Source: Pirellulales bacterium (GTDB lineage: Bacteria; Planctomycetota; Planctomycetia; Pirellulales; PALSA-1355). From it: 64,000 bases of DNA. The stretch lies in contig CAVTBU010000005.1 in assembly GCA_963733035.1 (NCBI GenBank), positions 1,248,001-1,312,000 of the forward strand, written 5' to 3'. Below the pieces are notes generated by a model. The model was not told the DNA's origin. It did not search any database and saw only the letters and a program-made list of their open reading frames with translations. Position numbers and translations under genes: made by a program. Below are positions 1 through 9,801 of this stretch, piece by piece; the stretch's first letter is position 1; each line of letters opens with the position of its first letter.

Positions 1-277
1 TAGGGCCGATAATAGGCTCCGCGACGATACCGAACCGGCGTCACCGCGACGGCGTCTTGGCCGGGTCGATAGATGGCGTTGGAAGCCACTGTTTCAGCGG
101 CGGCTGGCTGCGAAGCACTCCACAGCAGACCAACCAACAGCGTCGAAAGAATCGCCTGAGATGCAATACGCATGGTTCTGACCTCCTCGGCAGGAAACCG
201 ATGATGTCGCCAGAACGATGATAACGCAAATCGAGTGCCCGTCGCATTGCTAGCGGTGCGCCGCCGGCCCCAACTGC

Positions 278-1126
278 TTATGCGCGGCCACCTTGCAGGC
301 TGTCGGCCAGTTTGCCCAGGGCTTCGGTCTCGATCTGACGAACCCGTTCGCGTGTCAGCCCTAGTGCCTCGCCGATCTCCTTGAGCGTTTTGGGCTCATT
401 GTCTGATAGCCCAAATCGCATGCGCAGCACCGTTGCTTCGCGCTGGTCCATCGTTTCGAGCATCTGCTTGACGTGGACCAGGTTGTCGCTGTCGACCAGC
501 TCCTCCTCGGGACTCTTGAGCCGTTCATCCATCACCATTTCGCCCAGCGACCAACCGGTGTCGGCCTGATCGGTTTGCGGCGTGGAATTGTAGATGCGAA
601 TGGCCTTCTTGATGATCGGCAGCTTCTTTTTCGGCAGGCCCAACACGCGGGCGATTTCCTCGGGCGTGGGCGTGCGACCGAGCTCTTCTGCCAGACGGGC
701 CGTGGCTCTGCGCCACTTTGAAAGCAGCTCCACCATATAGGCCGGAATGCGGATCGTCTTGGCGGTGTTGATCAAAGCCCGCTTGATCGACTGCTTGATC
801 CAGTAACTGGCATAGGTGCTGAACCGAGTGCCGACCCCCGGATCAAAACCTTCGACGGCCCGCAGCAGCCCGAGGTTTCCCTCTTCGATGAGGTCCTGCA
901 GACTGAGCCCCTTGCCGGTATAGCCGCGGGCAATGTTGACGACTAGCCGCAAGTTGGCGCGAACCATGCGGTCGCGAGCGCGGATGTCGCCGTTGCCAAT
1001 CGCGGTGGCCAGCTCCTGCTCGTCCTTGGCCGTGAGCAGCGAGGTTTCATTGATCTCGCGGAGATAGGTCTCCAGCGGAGTCTGAACTGCCGAGGTGGTG
1101 CGACGTCGTGTGGTGGTCATGCTCAT
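278..1126 (-). CDS. Sigma-70 family RNA polymerase sigma factor (RpoD/RpoS-like, no region 1.1)
   Basis: Region 1.2 (LETYLREI), region 2 (NLRLVVNIARGY, DLIEEGNLGLLRAVEGFDP, RFSTYASYWIKQ), region 4 (TLKEIGEALGLTRERVRQIE). Start taken at ATG 1126 (1120 is an alternative). Confidence 0.95.
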   Translation of the reverse strand: MSMTTTRRRTTSAVQTPLETYLREINETSLLTAKDEQELATAIGNGDIRARDRMVRANLRLVVNIARGYTGKGLSLQDLIEEGNLGLLRAVEGFDPGVGTRFSTYASYWIKQSIKRALINTAKTIRIPAYMVELLSKWRRATARLAEELGRTPTPEEIARVLGLPKKKLPIIKKAIRIYNSTPQTDQADTGWSLGEMVMDERLKSPEEELVDSDNLVHVKQMLETMDQREATVLRMRFGLSDNEPKTLKEIGEALGLTRERVRQIETEALGKLADSLQGGRA

Positions 1127-1445
1127 CCGCTGAAAGTTGCCTGGGTTAGCTGTACCGAACAACTTCACTATCGTCGTGGACGAAAGGGATTCTGTAAGGA
1201 GCGACGTAGACGATGCCGTGCGACGAATGTGAGGCACGTTCACAAGTTAGCGATGAATCCGGCGTCTCCGATTAATGACGGTACGACCAGAACAACAGTT
1301 CGCCGCGCGCGGCGAAGAAGCTGGAAATATCGCCCGTCAAGCGACAGGTGTGGCAGTCGTGAGGATCGTGCGTGCCAGATCCTCCCGCCGCGGCGCGATG
1401 TACGGGTGGCGCCACCTGCAACTTTCCGGACGTTCCTTTTGGGAC

Positions 1446-1487
1446 TTGACAGCCAACTGCATTAGTACAATAATGCACCAATGCAGT
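1446..1487 (+). promoter_or_regulatory. Sigma-70 promoter overlapped by a YtrA/GntR-type palindromic operator
   Basis: TTGACA (1446-1451), 17 bp, AATAAT (1469-1474). 32-bp imperfect palindrome 1456-1487 containing TGCATTA-N6-TAATGCA. GGAGG RBS at 1493-1497. Confidence 0.75.
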
Positions 1488-1502
1488 CGACCGGAGGTTC
1501 TC

Positions 1503-1928
1503 GTGACCGATGCTTCGCTCGAATTTGAGATTCAGCCCAATAGCGGCGTCCCGATCTACCGGCAGATCATGGACCAGGTCCGCGCCCTGGTGGCCAGCCG
1601 CCGGCTGGCTCCGGGGGCCATGGTTCCCAGCATCCGGCAGTTGGCCACGGATCTCGAGGTCAACATGATGACTGTCTCGAAGGCCTACGCCAAACTGGAG
1701 GCGGACGGAATCCTCGAGCGGGTTCGCGGAACCGGCATGCGGGTACTGCCACCCGCGTCGCTTGCATCACTTGCCGATCGCCAGCAGGAACTTGCGCCAC
1801 TTGTCGAGCCACTGGTTACTCGAGCCTTGCAGTTGGGGCTTAACGAACAGCAACTGATCGCGACCGTCCGTCAACATCTCAGGGAGCGCCAGTCGTGGAA
1901 CAAATCGCCATCGACATCTCGGGCTTGA
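1503..1928 (+). CDS. GntR family (YtrA subfamily) transcriptional regulator
   Basis: SGVPIYRQIMDQV...PSIRQLATDLEVNMMTVSKAYAKLEADG wHTH with a short C-terminus; GTG start after GGAGG. Confidence 0.92.
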   Translation: MTDASLEFEIQPNSGVPIYRQIMDQVRALVASRRLAPGAMVPSIRQLATDLEVNMMTVSKAYAKLEADGILERVRGTGMRVLPPASLASLADRQQELAPLVEPLVTRALQLGLNEQQLIATVRQHLRERQSWNKSPSTSRA

Positions 1929-2779
1929 CCAAGTCATACGGCCGGAACCAGGTGTTGCAGGGTATCGACCTGCGTGTGCCATGCGGCAGCGTCGTCGGCC
2001 TGATGGGGATGAACGGCTCGGGCAAGAGCACGCTGATCAAGTGCCTGCTGGGGCTGGTGCACTTCGACGGCGGATCGACGCGACTCTTCGGCGACGACGC
2101 ACGCCAGCTTTCGGCAGAGACCAAGGGACGGCTGGGCTACGTTCCGCAAGTTGTCCATCAACTCGACTGGATGAAGGTCCGGCATTTGATTCACTACACG
2201 TCGACATTTTATCCCAACTGGGATCACCGCTGGACAAGCGAACTGCTGCAACGCTGGCGAGTTCCGATGGAGGAGCGCGTGCAGGCGCTGTCAACCGGCC
2301 AGTTGCAAACGCTGGCCATTGTCCTGGCGCTGGGACATCGACCGGATCTCATGGTGCTCGACGAGCCCGTGGCCAGTCTTGATCCGGTGGCGCGGCGCGA
2401 CTTCCTGCGTTCCTTGCTGGAGCTTGCGCGAAATGGCGAGCGAACCATCCTGTTTTCCACGCACATCAGCTCCGACCTGGAACGCGTCGCGACCCATGTC
2501 GCCATTTTGCACGACGGGCGCGTCGCCAGCTTCTCCGAGCTCGACGACCTGAAAGACAGCATCAAGCGGCTACGCTTACGCGCACTTGACGATTTTCCCG
2601 GCACAATCGATGTACCGGGCCTGCTGCACCTGAAGGTCGAAGGCCGCAATGCCTTGGCCACGGTCAGCGCGGTCACGCCGGCATTGATTGACGAGCTCGA
2701 GCACCGATATGGGGCGGAGGTCCGCATCGAAGATCTGAATCTCGAAGAAATCTTCGTGGAGCTCAATGGCCATGGGTAA
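1895..2779 (+). CDS. ABC transporter ATP-binding protein (YtrB-like)
   Basis: Walker A GMNGSGKST, signature LSTGQ, Walker B LMVLDEP, H-loop STH; C-terminal NLEEIF. Confidence 0.95.
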   Translation: MEQIAIDISGLTKSYGRNQVLQGIDLRVPCGSVVGLMGMNGSGKSTLIKCLLGLVHFDGGSTRLFGDDARQLSAETKGRLGYVPQVVHQLDWMKVRHLIHYTSTFYPNWDHRWTSELLQRWRVPMEERVQALSTGQLQTLAIVLALGHRPDLMVLDEPVASLDPVARRDFLRSLLELARNGERTILFSTHISSDLERVATHVAILHDGRVASFSELDDLKDSIKRLRLRALDDFPGTIDVPGLLHLKVEGRNALATVSAVTPALIDELEHRYGAEVRIEDLNLEEIFVELNGHG

Positions 2780-4892
2780 TCGCATCCGCTGGATTCTCGT
2801 CAGCTACCTGACGAATCGCATGTTTCTGGTCGCAATTGCATTTTCATTCCTCTGGTTTGTGGGCCCGGTGTGGTTCAATCTCACCCGTTCACTGCCTTAT
2901 CAATCGAACCTTCCGCCGGCGCCAACAAGCAATCTGTTAGTATCTTCGCTTGGCTCTCTCGCAGAGGTTCGTCGCCGCGGGCTCGAGGGGCAGGTGGATG
3001 CCATCGACCTCGGAGGCCTTTGGAGCAGCATGGAGATCGCCCGCCAGAAACCCCAATCATCCCAGCCCGGCTTTCGCTACTCGATCGGACCACCGCCCAC
3101 ATCATTCTATGACGTTCTGAGCGAATTTCCGAATTTGCGGAGCGTCAGCCTGGGTTTCCAAGACTCGCCCGGTGGCCTGTCAGAAGTTTCCAAGTTGCGC
3201 CAGATCACTTACCTGAGCATGGGCGGCACAGTTCACGACGTTGCACCGCTTGCTTCGCTCAAGAATCTCCAGCGGCTCGACCTGAACACTTATCAGCCTT
3301 TGACGAATGTCGCAGCGCTGGCCAGCTTGCCGCGGCTGGAAACGATTACTCTGGCCAGCGACCAAGCGCTCTCAGACAAAGTGTTCGGGGAGCTTGCAAA
3401 ACTACCGCATCTAAAGGCGCTGGGAATTCGATCCAACCTCGGCAACCAGGGAATCAGCCTGGCGGGGATCGCGGAACTTGGCAATTCTCCGTCGCTCGAG
3501 ACGTTGTACGTAGGCGGCAATGACGTTCCGCGGCAGTTCGACCTGCTGGCCGAGGCGCGGCAGGCGCTGCCGCAGCTGGAAGTTCGCCCGGCAATCGTCC
3601 TTCCGCGGCCCCCGTTAGTGGCTTGCTTTCCGCCCGTGATGCTCGCATCGGCCGTTGGCTTCCTGCTGGCGAGTCAATTTCGCAGCGCCGCTCTCCGCCT
3701 GGCACCAGGCTTTGCCAAGGAGCATCTGTTGGTTGCCATCGGCTGGACCGTCTTGGCGGGCCTGGCAGGGGCCACTAGCGTTTGCCTGACGGGGCTTTCG
3801 GTTGGCACGAGCGTTTTCTTGGCGGCAGGGTGGCTTGCCATCGCATTCGGCGGCGGTGTCGAGTTATTTGGACAACGAAACTACGGAGCATCGGCCCTGA
3901 CCAACCGCTGTGAAGCCAGTGCGCATGGCATCGCGATCTTCGGCGTACTCTTTGCCCTGCTCTTGCCATCGACCAATACCGGCCCGCATCCACTACTGCT
4001 GTTGGCCCTTGCCGGAACTGGATCATTGTCTCTTTGGCGGGCCGCGAAAATGCTGCGGCTCATGCCGGAACTCCACGGCGGCGGCGGGGTGCAGCAGCCA
4101 TCGGGTTGGTGGCTCGACAGCGGCCGGCGCGAACTCCAAATCGAATCGCTCGAGTGGGAGCCAACAGCCAAACCTCGCTGGAACGCCGTTCAACGATGGA
4201 GGCTGGGCAACCCGCCGTTACACATGCTATTTGTCGCGCTGCTGTTCATCTGCGGTGCGATCGGGACGACCATCTTCATGGGGCGAATGATAGGTAGCAG
4301 AGGCCCCGACTTCAATCACAACCAAGCCAGTTCGTTTGCCTTCATGTTGCTCGTGTTTGTTTGCGGGCAAGTTGCGACCTTCTGGCGAAAGCGTCTATTG
4401 TCGCTCGACGTCGAGTCGCTATGGCCGATCTCGCGCAGCATGCTCCGGCGCGAGCTGGCGATGGCACTGGCTGTCGACCTGATCGTGCCGGCGCTGTCGA
4501 TCGCGGCGTTTGCCGCCGTCACGATCAATTTGCCCGAGACGTGGTTGCTCCTCCCGCTCTCGGTCCAATGGCACGACATTGCCTGGCGAAACATCCCCGG
4601 CGATTTTGCGCTGCTGTCGATCGTTCTCTGGACAGTTTGCTATGCGAGTAGCGCGATTCTGATCATCGTCGAGCGTGCGTGGTTGCGGCTGTTGCTTGTC
4701 TTCGCCGCCATGTTCCTCACGATCCTGGCTACCGTTGGAATTGCGGCCCTACACGACGATTTGCCCAGATATACGGTCGGCTTTCCGCGAGTCTTGTTGC
4801 CGTATCTGTGGGTGCCGACCGCGATCTCTGGACTCGCGTTGGTTTGGATGTGGAAACTTTGGGCCCGGCTGGAGTTCGACCGTCAGCGCTAG
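2772..4892 (+). CDS. Polytopic membrane protein, probable ABC permease, with an inserted leucine-rich-repeat domain
   Basis: Overlaps the ATPase stop. N-terminal TM, about 6 LxxLxxLxL repeats, then many hydrophobic segments. Confidence 0.7.
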   Translation: MGNRIRWILVSYLTNRMFLVAIAFSFLWFVGPVWFNLTRSLPYQSNLPPAPTSNLLVSSLGSLAEVRRRGLEGQVDAIDLGGLWSSMEIARQKPQSSQPGFRYSIGPPPTSFYDVLSEFPNLRSVSLGFQDSPGGLSEVSKLRQITYLSMGGTVHDVAPLASLKNLQRLDLNTYQPLTNVAALASLPRLETITLASDQALSDKVFGELAKLPHLKALGIRSNLGNQGISLAGIAELGNSPSLETLYVGGNDVPRQFDLLAEARQALPQLEVRPAIVLPRPPLVACFPPVMLASAVGFLLASQFRSAALRLAPGFAKEHLLVAIGWTVLAGLAGATSVCLTGLSVGTSVFLAAGWLAIAFGGGVELFGQRNYGASALTNRCEASAHGIAIFGVLFALLLPSTNTGPHPLLLLALAGTGSLSLWRAAKMLRLMPELHGGGGVQQPSGWWLDSGRRELQIESLEWEPTAKPRWNAVQRWRLGNPPLHMLFVALLFICGAIGTTIFMGRMIGSRGPDFNHNQASSFAFMLLVFVCGQVATFWRKRLLSLDVESLWPISRSMLRRELAMALAVDLIVPALSIAAFAAVTINLPETWLLLPLSVQWHDIAWRNIPGDFALLSIVLWTVCYASSAILIIVERAWLRLLLVFAAMFLTILATVGIAALHDDLPRYTVGFPRVLLPYLWVPTAISGLALVWMWKLWARLEFDRQR

Positions 4893-4952
4893 ATTCGTGC
4901 ACAGGGCCCCGAACGTAGGTGGAAGTGAGCCGACCAGACTTCGAAGTGCAAT

Positions 4953-4995
4953 AAAAAGCCCCCGCGAACATACTCGTTCGCGGGGGCCCGTTTTT
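4953..4995. terminator. Bidirectional intrinsic terminator between the ABC operon and rpsA
   Basis: AAAAA-GCCCCCGCGAAC-atactc-GTTCGCGGGGGC-ccg-TTTTT; 12-bp perfect stem between convergent genes. Confidence 0.85.
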
Positions 4996-5013
4996 GGCTA
5001 AAAGCAATCACGC

Positions 5014-6807
5014 TTACTTGATCAGCGGACCGGATTCACCGCCGACGCCGCCCTTGAGTTCCGACGAGGGGACGCTGCTGGGCTTATTGGGCGAGGAACC
5101 GCCGCCATTGCTGGTCGCGTCGCCCTCGCCGTCGCCGCCGATCTCATCCTCCTGCCAATCGACCCGCTTGCGCGAGAGGCCGATTTTGCGTTCTCCGGCG
5201 TCGACGCGAAGCACTTTGACTTCGATCTCGTCGCCGACCTTCACGATCTCCTCGGCATTCTCGACCTTGTGGTCGGCCAACTCGGAGATGTGCAGCAGGC
5301 CTTCCAGGCCGTTCTCGAGGCCCACGAAGACGCCGAAGTTGGTGATCTTCGTGACGGTGCCTTTGACGAGTTGGCCCGGTTGATACTTGCTGGGGATGTC
5401 GGTGGCCCAGGGATCCTCTTCGAGTTGCTTGAGGCCCAGGGCGATGCGGCGGCGCTGCTGGTCGACCGAGAGGACTTTGCACTCAACGGTCTGGCCCTTT
5501 TCGACCACCTCGCTGGGATGGCTGATTTTGCGGGTCCACGACATGTCGCTGACGTGCAACAGACCGTCGATGCCCTCTTCGATTTCGATGAAGGCGCCAT
5601 AGTTGGTCAAGTTGCGGACGGTGCCCTTGACCATCGTGCCAGGCGGATAACGTTCGGCGACCTTGTCCCAGGGGTTGGCCTGGGTCTGCTTCATGCCGAG
5701 CGAGATCTCCTGCTTGTTCTTGTCGATGTTCAGAACGACGACGTCGATCTCGTCGTCGATGTGCACCAACTCGTTCGGATGGCTAATCCGCTTGGTCCAC
5801 GACATCTCGCTGATGTGCACGAGACCCTCGATGCCCTCTTCGAGCTTGACGAAGGCACCGTAGCTCATCACGTTGACGACCGTGCCACGCACGACCGACC
5901 CGACCGGGTATTTATCTTCGACCGATTCCCACGGACTGGGCGTCTTCTGCTTGAGCCCCAGGGCGATCTTCTCTTTTTCACGATCGACGTGCAGGATTTG
6001 CACTTCGATCTCCTGGTCGATGGAGACCATCTCCGAGGGGTGGCCGATGCGGCCCCAACTCATATCGGTGATGTGCAACAGACCGTCGATGCCGCCGAGA
6101 TCGACGAACGCGCCGAACTCGGCGATATTCTTGACGACGCCCTTGCGAAGTTGTCCCGGCTCGAGCGTGGAGAGCAATTGCGATTTCTTTTCGGCCCGCT
6201 CGGCTTCGATCAGCGCGCGGCGGCTAACGACGATGTTTCGCCGGGCGTCGTCGATCTTGAGCACGACGCATTGGATGGTGCGACCGATGTAGTCGCCGAT
6301 ATCCGCCGGTCGACGAATATCGACCTGGCTGGCCGGCAAAAAGACGTTGACGCCGATATCGACTAGCAGGCCACCCTTGATCTTGCGGGTAACGGCACCG
6401 GTGACGATGTCGCCCTCGTGGACGGTTTCCATCACCTTCAGCCAGGCCTCGATCTTCTCGGCCTTGCGCTTGCTGAGCGTGATCATGCCGCGGGCATCGT
6501 CGGTGCGACCGAAGACATCTTCGACTTCTTCGACCAGAACCTTGACGTTCTGCCCTACCTCGGGCGGCTCTTCATCTTCTTCCCACTCGTTTCGCGGGAT
6601 GATGCCCTCGCTCTTATAACCAACGTCGACGAGAACGAACTCGTTGTCGACCCGGAGGATATGACCCTCGATGATCTTATTGACGGCCAGCTCGCCGCCG
6701 CCCCAATCGATCTCTTCGGTGGCGGTGCCGCCCATCGCCTGGGCGAGTTCTTCTTCCCATTCCTCTTGCTTCAGATCCAAGCCGCGAATCAGGTTACGAT
6801 TTACCAT
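5014..6807 (-). CDS. rpsA: 30S ribosomal protein S1
   Basis: Six S1 repeats (e.g. GVVKNIAEFGAFVDLGGIDGLLHITDMSW); start MVNRNLIR at 6807. Confidence 0.98.
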   Translation of the reverse strand: MVNRNLIRGLDLKQEEWEEELAQAMGGTATEEIDWGGGELAVNKIIEGHILRVDNEFVLVDVGYKSEGIIPRNEWEEDEEPPEVGQNVKVLVEEVEDVFGRTDDARGMITLSKRKAEKIEAWLKVMETVHEGDIVTGAVTRKIKGGLLVDIGVNVFLPASQVDIRRPADIGDYIGRTIQCVVLKIDDARRNIVVSRRALIEAERAEKKSQLLSTLEPGQLRKGVVKNIAEFGAFVDLGGIDGLLHITDMSWGRIGHPSEMVSIDQEIEVQILHVDREKEKIALGLKQKTPSPWESVEDKYPVGSVVRGTVVNVMSYGAFVKLEEGIEGLVHISEMSWTKRISHPNELVHIDDEIDVVVLNIDKNKQEISLGMKQTQANPWDKVAERYPPGTMVKGTVRNLTNYGAFIEIEEGIDGLLHVSDMSWTRKISHPSEVVEKGQTVECKVLSVDQQRRRIALGLKQLEEDPWATDIPSKYQPGQLVKGTVTKITNFGVFVGLENGLEGLLHISELADHKVENAEEIVKVGDEIEVKVLRVDAGERKIGLSRKRVDWQEDEIGGDGEGDATSNGGGSSPNKPSSVPSSELKGGVGGESGPLIK

Positions 6808-6963
6808 TGTGTTCGGTGTGTGGTTCAACCCCGCCACGCAAGGTGCCGCGACGCTCATCGCAGAGCGTACGACGGCGCGCCAGAGCTTTTAAAAAGTGCA
6901 CGACCCCGCATCAGCCGGCCGCCTCCAATGAGCGACCTGAAAAACCGCACGGGCGAATCGCAA

Positions 6964-6992
6964 ATTATATAGATTGTTGGACTTAAGGGCAA
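6964..6992 (-). promoter_or_regulatory. Sigma-70 promoter of rpsA
   Basis: Minus strand TTGCCC (6992-6987), 17 bp, TATAAT (6969-6964); implies a ~150-nt 5' leader. Confidence 0.7.
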
Positions 6993-7085
6993 CGACTATG
7001 CCGCACAATCGGCCACCGTTTAAAAAACTTGGAAACAAAAACAACAGTGCTCATTGCATTTGCCGCCCAAGCTGGTACTCTGGTG

Positions 7086-7171
7086 AGAGTCCCTGTCCGG
7101 CAGCCGTAGGCTGCTGGATGTGCACGTGGCCTCAGGACCTATTTAGCGGCAGGTCCTGAGGCCCTTTTTTT
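7086..7171 (+). ncRNA. Candidate stand-alone small RNA
   Basis: Upstream A-rich tract and TTGCAT-16-TACTCT with extended TG; hairpin 7095-7119; perfect 13-bp terminator stem plus T7; no + strand ORF. Confidence 0.5.
7128..7171 (+). terminator. Intrinsic terminator (+ strand)
   Basis: GGCCTCAGGACCT-atttagcggc-AGGTCCTGAGGCC-c-TTTTTTT. Confidence 0.85.
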
Positions 7172-7249
7172 GCGCTGCTCGAACGCCCTATCTAAAGCAC
7201 GTGCGGGATTTGGGGCCGCGAATACCGAACAGCGGCGACCCGGAAACGA

Positions 7250-9365
7250 TTATTGGTCCACGGTATATGGTAACTGGGCCGTCGACTCGGAGGCCCCGGC
7301 CGACACCGTGAGGGGCAACTTCCAGACCACGCTCCCCGCTTTGCACAAGCCCTCAGATCCGTCCTGGCAGTAATAGTATGCCAGCGATACTTCCAACGTT
7401 TCCTGGCCTTCGCCGCTCGTGGGCAGCTGAATGTCGAATTTCGTCGACGGTTTGTCCACGCGCTGCAGCGTGCCGATGGCCTGTCGATCGAGGGGGCCCT
7501 GATCGCCATCGGCTTTTACAAGGTAACGTAGCGGGGCCAGCGGGTTGATCTTGTACCCCTCGGGCAGCGACAAGTCGACCTGCAGCTGCACGTTGCCTTC
7601 TGCCGGCTTCAGAGTCGCGGCCGGAAGTTCAATCTGCTTGGCGTCTGGGAAGCTCGGCGCGGCGCTCTGGGCCTTAGGCGGCGCGGGGGCCTTAAGCCCC
7701 TTGATTTCGAGCGTGGCCACGTGGTTTCCGTGTGCCAGATCGATCGTACGAACGGCATGGTTGTTGGTATCGGCCACATACAACTTGCCCGCCGCATAGG
7801 ACAAACCGGCCGGCTCGTCGAACTCCGCTGGCGAATCGTTTGCGCCCGGCTCGCCCGTGCCTACCAAGGTCTCGCTGGTGCCACGTAGCGGATCGATGAC
7901 CTTGATCTTATTGTTGTACGTATCGGCGACATAGAGCAGCTTATCGTGATACAAAACGCCCAGCGCGTGCTGCAGGCGGACCTGCTGACCCTGACCATCG
8001 ACGTCGCCAAACAGGAAGAGCCGGCCGACAGGCGACCAGGCAGTGCCGACCACGGTAGTGACGGGCTGTGCCGCGGCGAAGGGCACGGCGCGGATCGAAC
8101 TTCCCTCGCTATCGGCGACATACAGGACTTTGCCGTCGGTGGCCAATCCACTCGGCTGAGCAAACGATGAAAGCGCCCATGGCGTAGGGCGTGGCGGGCA
8201 GATGTGGGCCGTCGACGATATCCTCGCGGCCGTTTCCCGCAAATGGCCCAATCTCACCGCGCGACAGCGACATCCGCCAAATCTGATGCGGACCGGCCAT
8301 CGCGATATACAGTTCTCGTCCCCGCACCAAAAGTGCCCAAGGGCTGTTGAGAGGCGTTTTGAGCGGACGGCCGGTCGTTCGGCCCGGGCCCGCGCCCGCG
8401 AAAAACTCGTTTGCCATCGGTCTGCCTTGTTTGCCCGTGCCGGCCACCGTCGAGACTTTCTTCTTTTTCAGATCGACTTTGCGAATCAGGTGATTCTCCG
8501 TATCGGCCACGTAGAGCCAGTCCCGATCGAGCGCCATGCCCTGGGGATGATCGAACGTCGCTTCGGTGTAGTCGCCGTCATCGGCACCGACCCCGCCCGA
8601 GCCAATCGTGTCGACGAGCGTGCCATCGAGTTGTGTTACGACGATCCGGTTATGGCTACTGTCGGAGATGTAGAGGCGATCCGAGTCCTCATCGGCCAAA
8701 ACTTTCCCGGGATACCGCAGAGCCGTGTCGGGGGCGGGCAAGCCAGCCTTCTCACCCGTCAACGGGGGCGGCGAGGGCTTGATTAGATGGTTCGCGCGGT
8801 AGTACGGCAGGACCTTTTTGAAGAAGGCGTCGAGCGTCTCGAAATCGATTTCGCCGCCATTGCGTGCTACCAGATTGCCCTGAGGATCGATCACGCACAG
8901 CGTCGGCCAACTCTCCACCCCGTACTTCTTCCAAATCATGTGCCGAGCATCATTGACCACCGGATGCTCGATGCCGTAGCGCTCAACGGCCTCGCGAATG
9001 TTCTTTGAGTCCGCCTCGGTAGCGAACTTTGCCGAATGAACCCCAATCACCACGATCTCGTTGGGATACTCGTGCTCCAGCTTCTTCAGTTCCGGCAGGA
9101 TGTGCATGCAATTAATGCAGCAATACGTCCAGAAATCGAGCAGCACGAATTTGCCGCGGAGCTGTTTGAGATCGATCGGTCCGGCAGTATTGATCCAGTC
9201 CACTCCCCCGTCGAGTGCGGGGGCCGGGAAGCGCTGGGCAAAGGGATTCGCTGCTGGCGCGGCCTGGGCGGCTATCAGGTAGTTTCCCACCAGCGACGCG
9301 AGCAGCGCCACCGCTAGCAAGGGCAGCAATAAATTGCGGGCCGGTGATTTTACGATTCTGGTCAT
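7250..9365 (-). pseudogene. Secreted thioredoxin-like + NHL-repeat protein (NHLRC2/SOQ1-like), frameshifted near 8170
   Basis: Signal peptide, LLDFWTYCCINC, NHL repeats (LYVADTENHLIRKVD, LYVADTYNNKIKVID) split across ORFs 8109-9365 and 7250-8257. Removing one base at 8170-8172 gives continuous MGASSFAQPSG. May be a sequencing error. Confidence 0.85.
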
Positions 9366-9637
9366 CGAGACTCTCCAGGAACCATCGCAACAACGCTCAT
9401 GGACGAGTAAGCGGTCCGCACGGCCTTATCTTAACCCGCCCGAAAGCCCCGGTGAAAGCCCGCCACCCCATTGTCAACAGACGCTCGCCACCAGCTTGCC
9501 GTTACGAATTTTTTTCTGTGCATTTTGCGTTTGTCTGCCAATCGGCTGTCGGGTGGCCGAGGCAGGCAAAAAGTCTTGTGTCTGGCAGGGCTTCTAGCCG
9601 AAACAACCGTAATAACCGGTACGTTTTCCATGAGAAG

Positions 9638-9667
9638 TTGACATTTCTACGCAGCTGGCGGTAGAGT
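9638..9667 (+). promoter_or_regulatory. Putative sigma-70 promoter of the DUF1573 gene
   Basis: TTGACA (9638-9643), 18 bp, TAGAGT (9662-9667). Confidence 0.45.
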
Positions 9668-9801
9668 TGGCCCGAGAATTCCCGCCAATTGGCCGCAAAA
9701 AGTCCTGCTTTTTCAGACACCGCGCACGGCCCGTGCTTCGTAGAAGGATAGGTTGCCCCACCGGCCGGGGCCATCCTCGTCGGTTTCGGAGACTAGCATC
9801 C

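Noticed and set aside
1..277. 68-aa minus ORF and a GCCGATAA box at 5-12
   Set aside because: The ORF has no recognisable features, and the context needed to interpret the box lies outside the window.
5269..6366. Long + strand ORF opposite rpsA (similar shadows at 16369-18165, 20734-21972, 28914-30158, 52547-54151)
   Set aside because: Antisense shadows of well-supported genes, expected in high-GC DNA; no recognisable motifs.
7086..7171. SRP RNA, tRNA or riboswitch identity for the hairpin pair
   Set aside because: Lacks the SRP helix-8 motif and a cloverleaf, and there is no downstream + strand gene to regulate.
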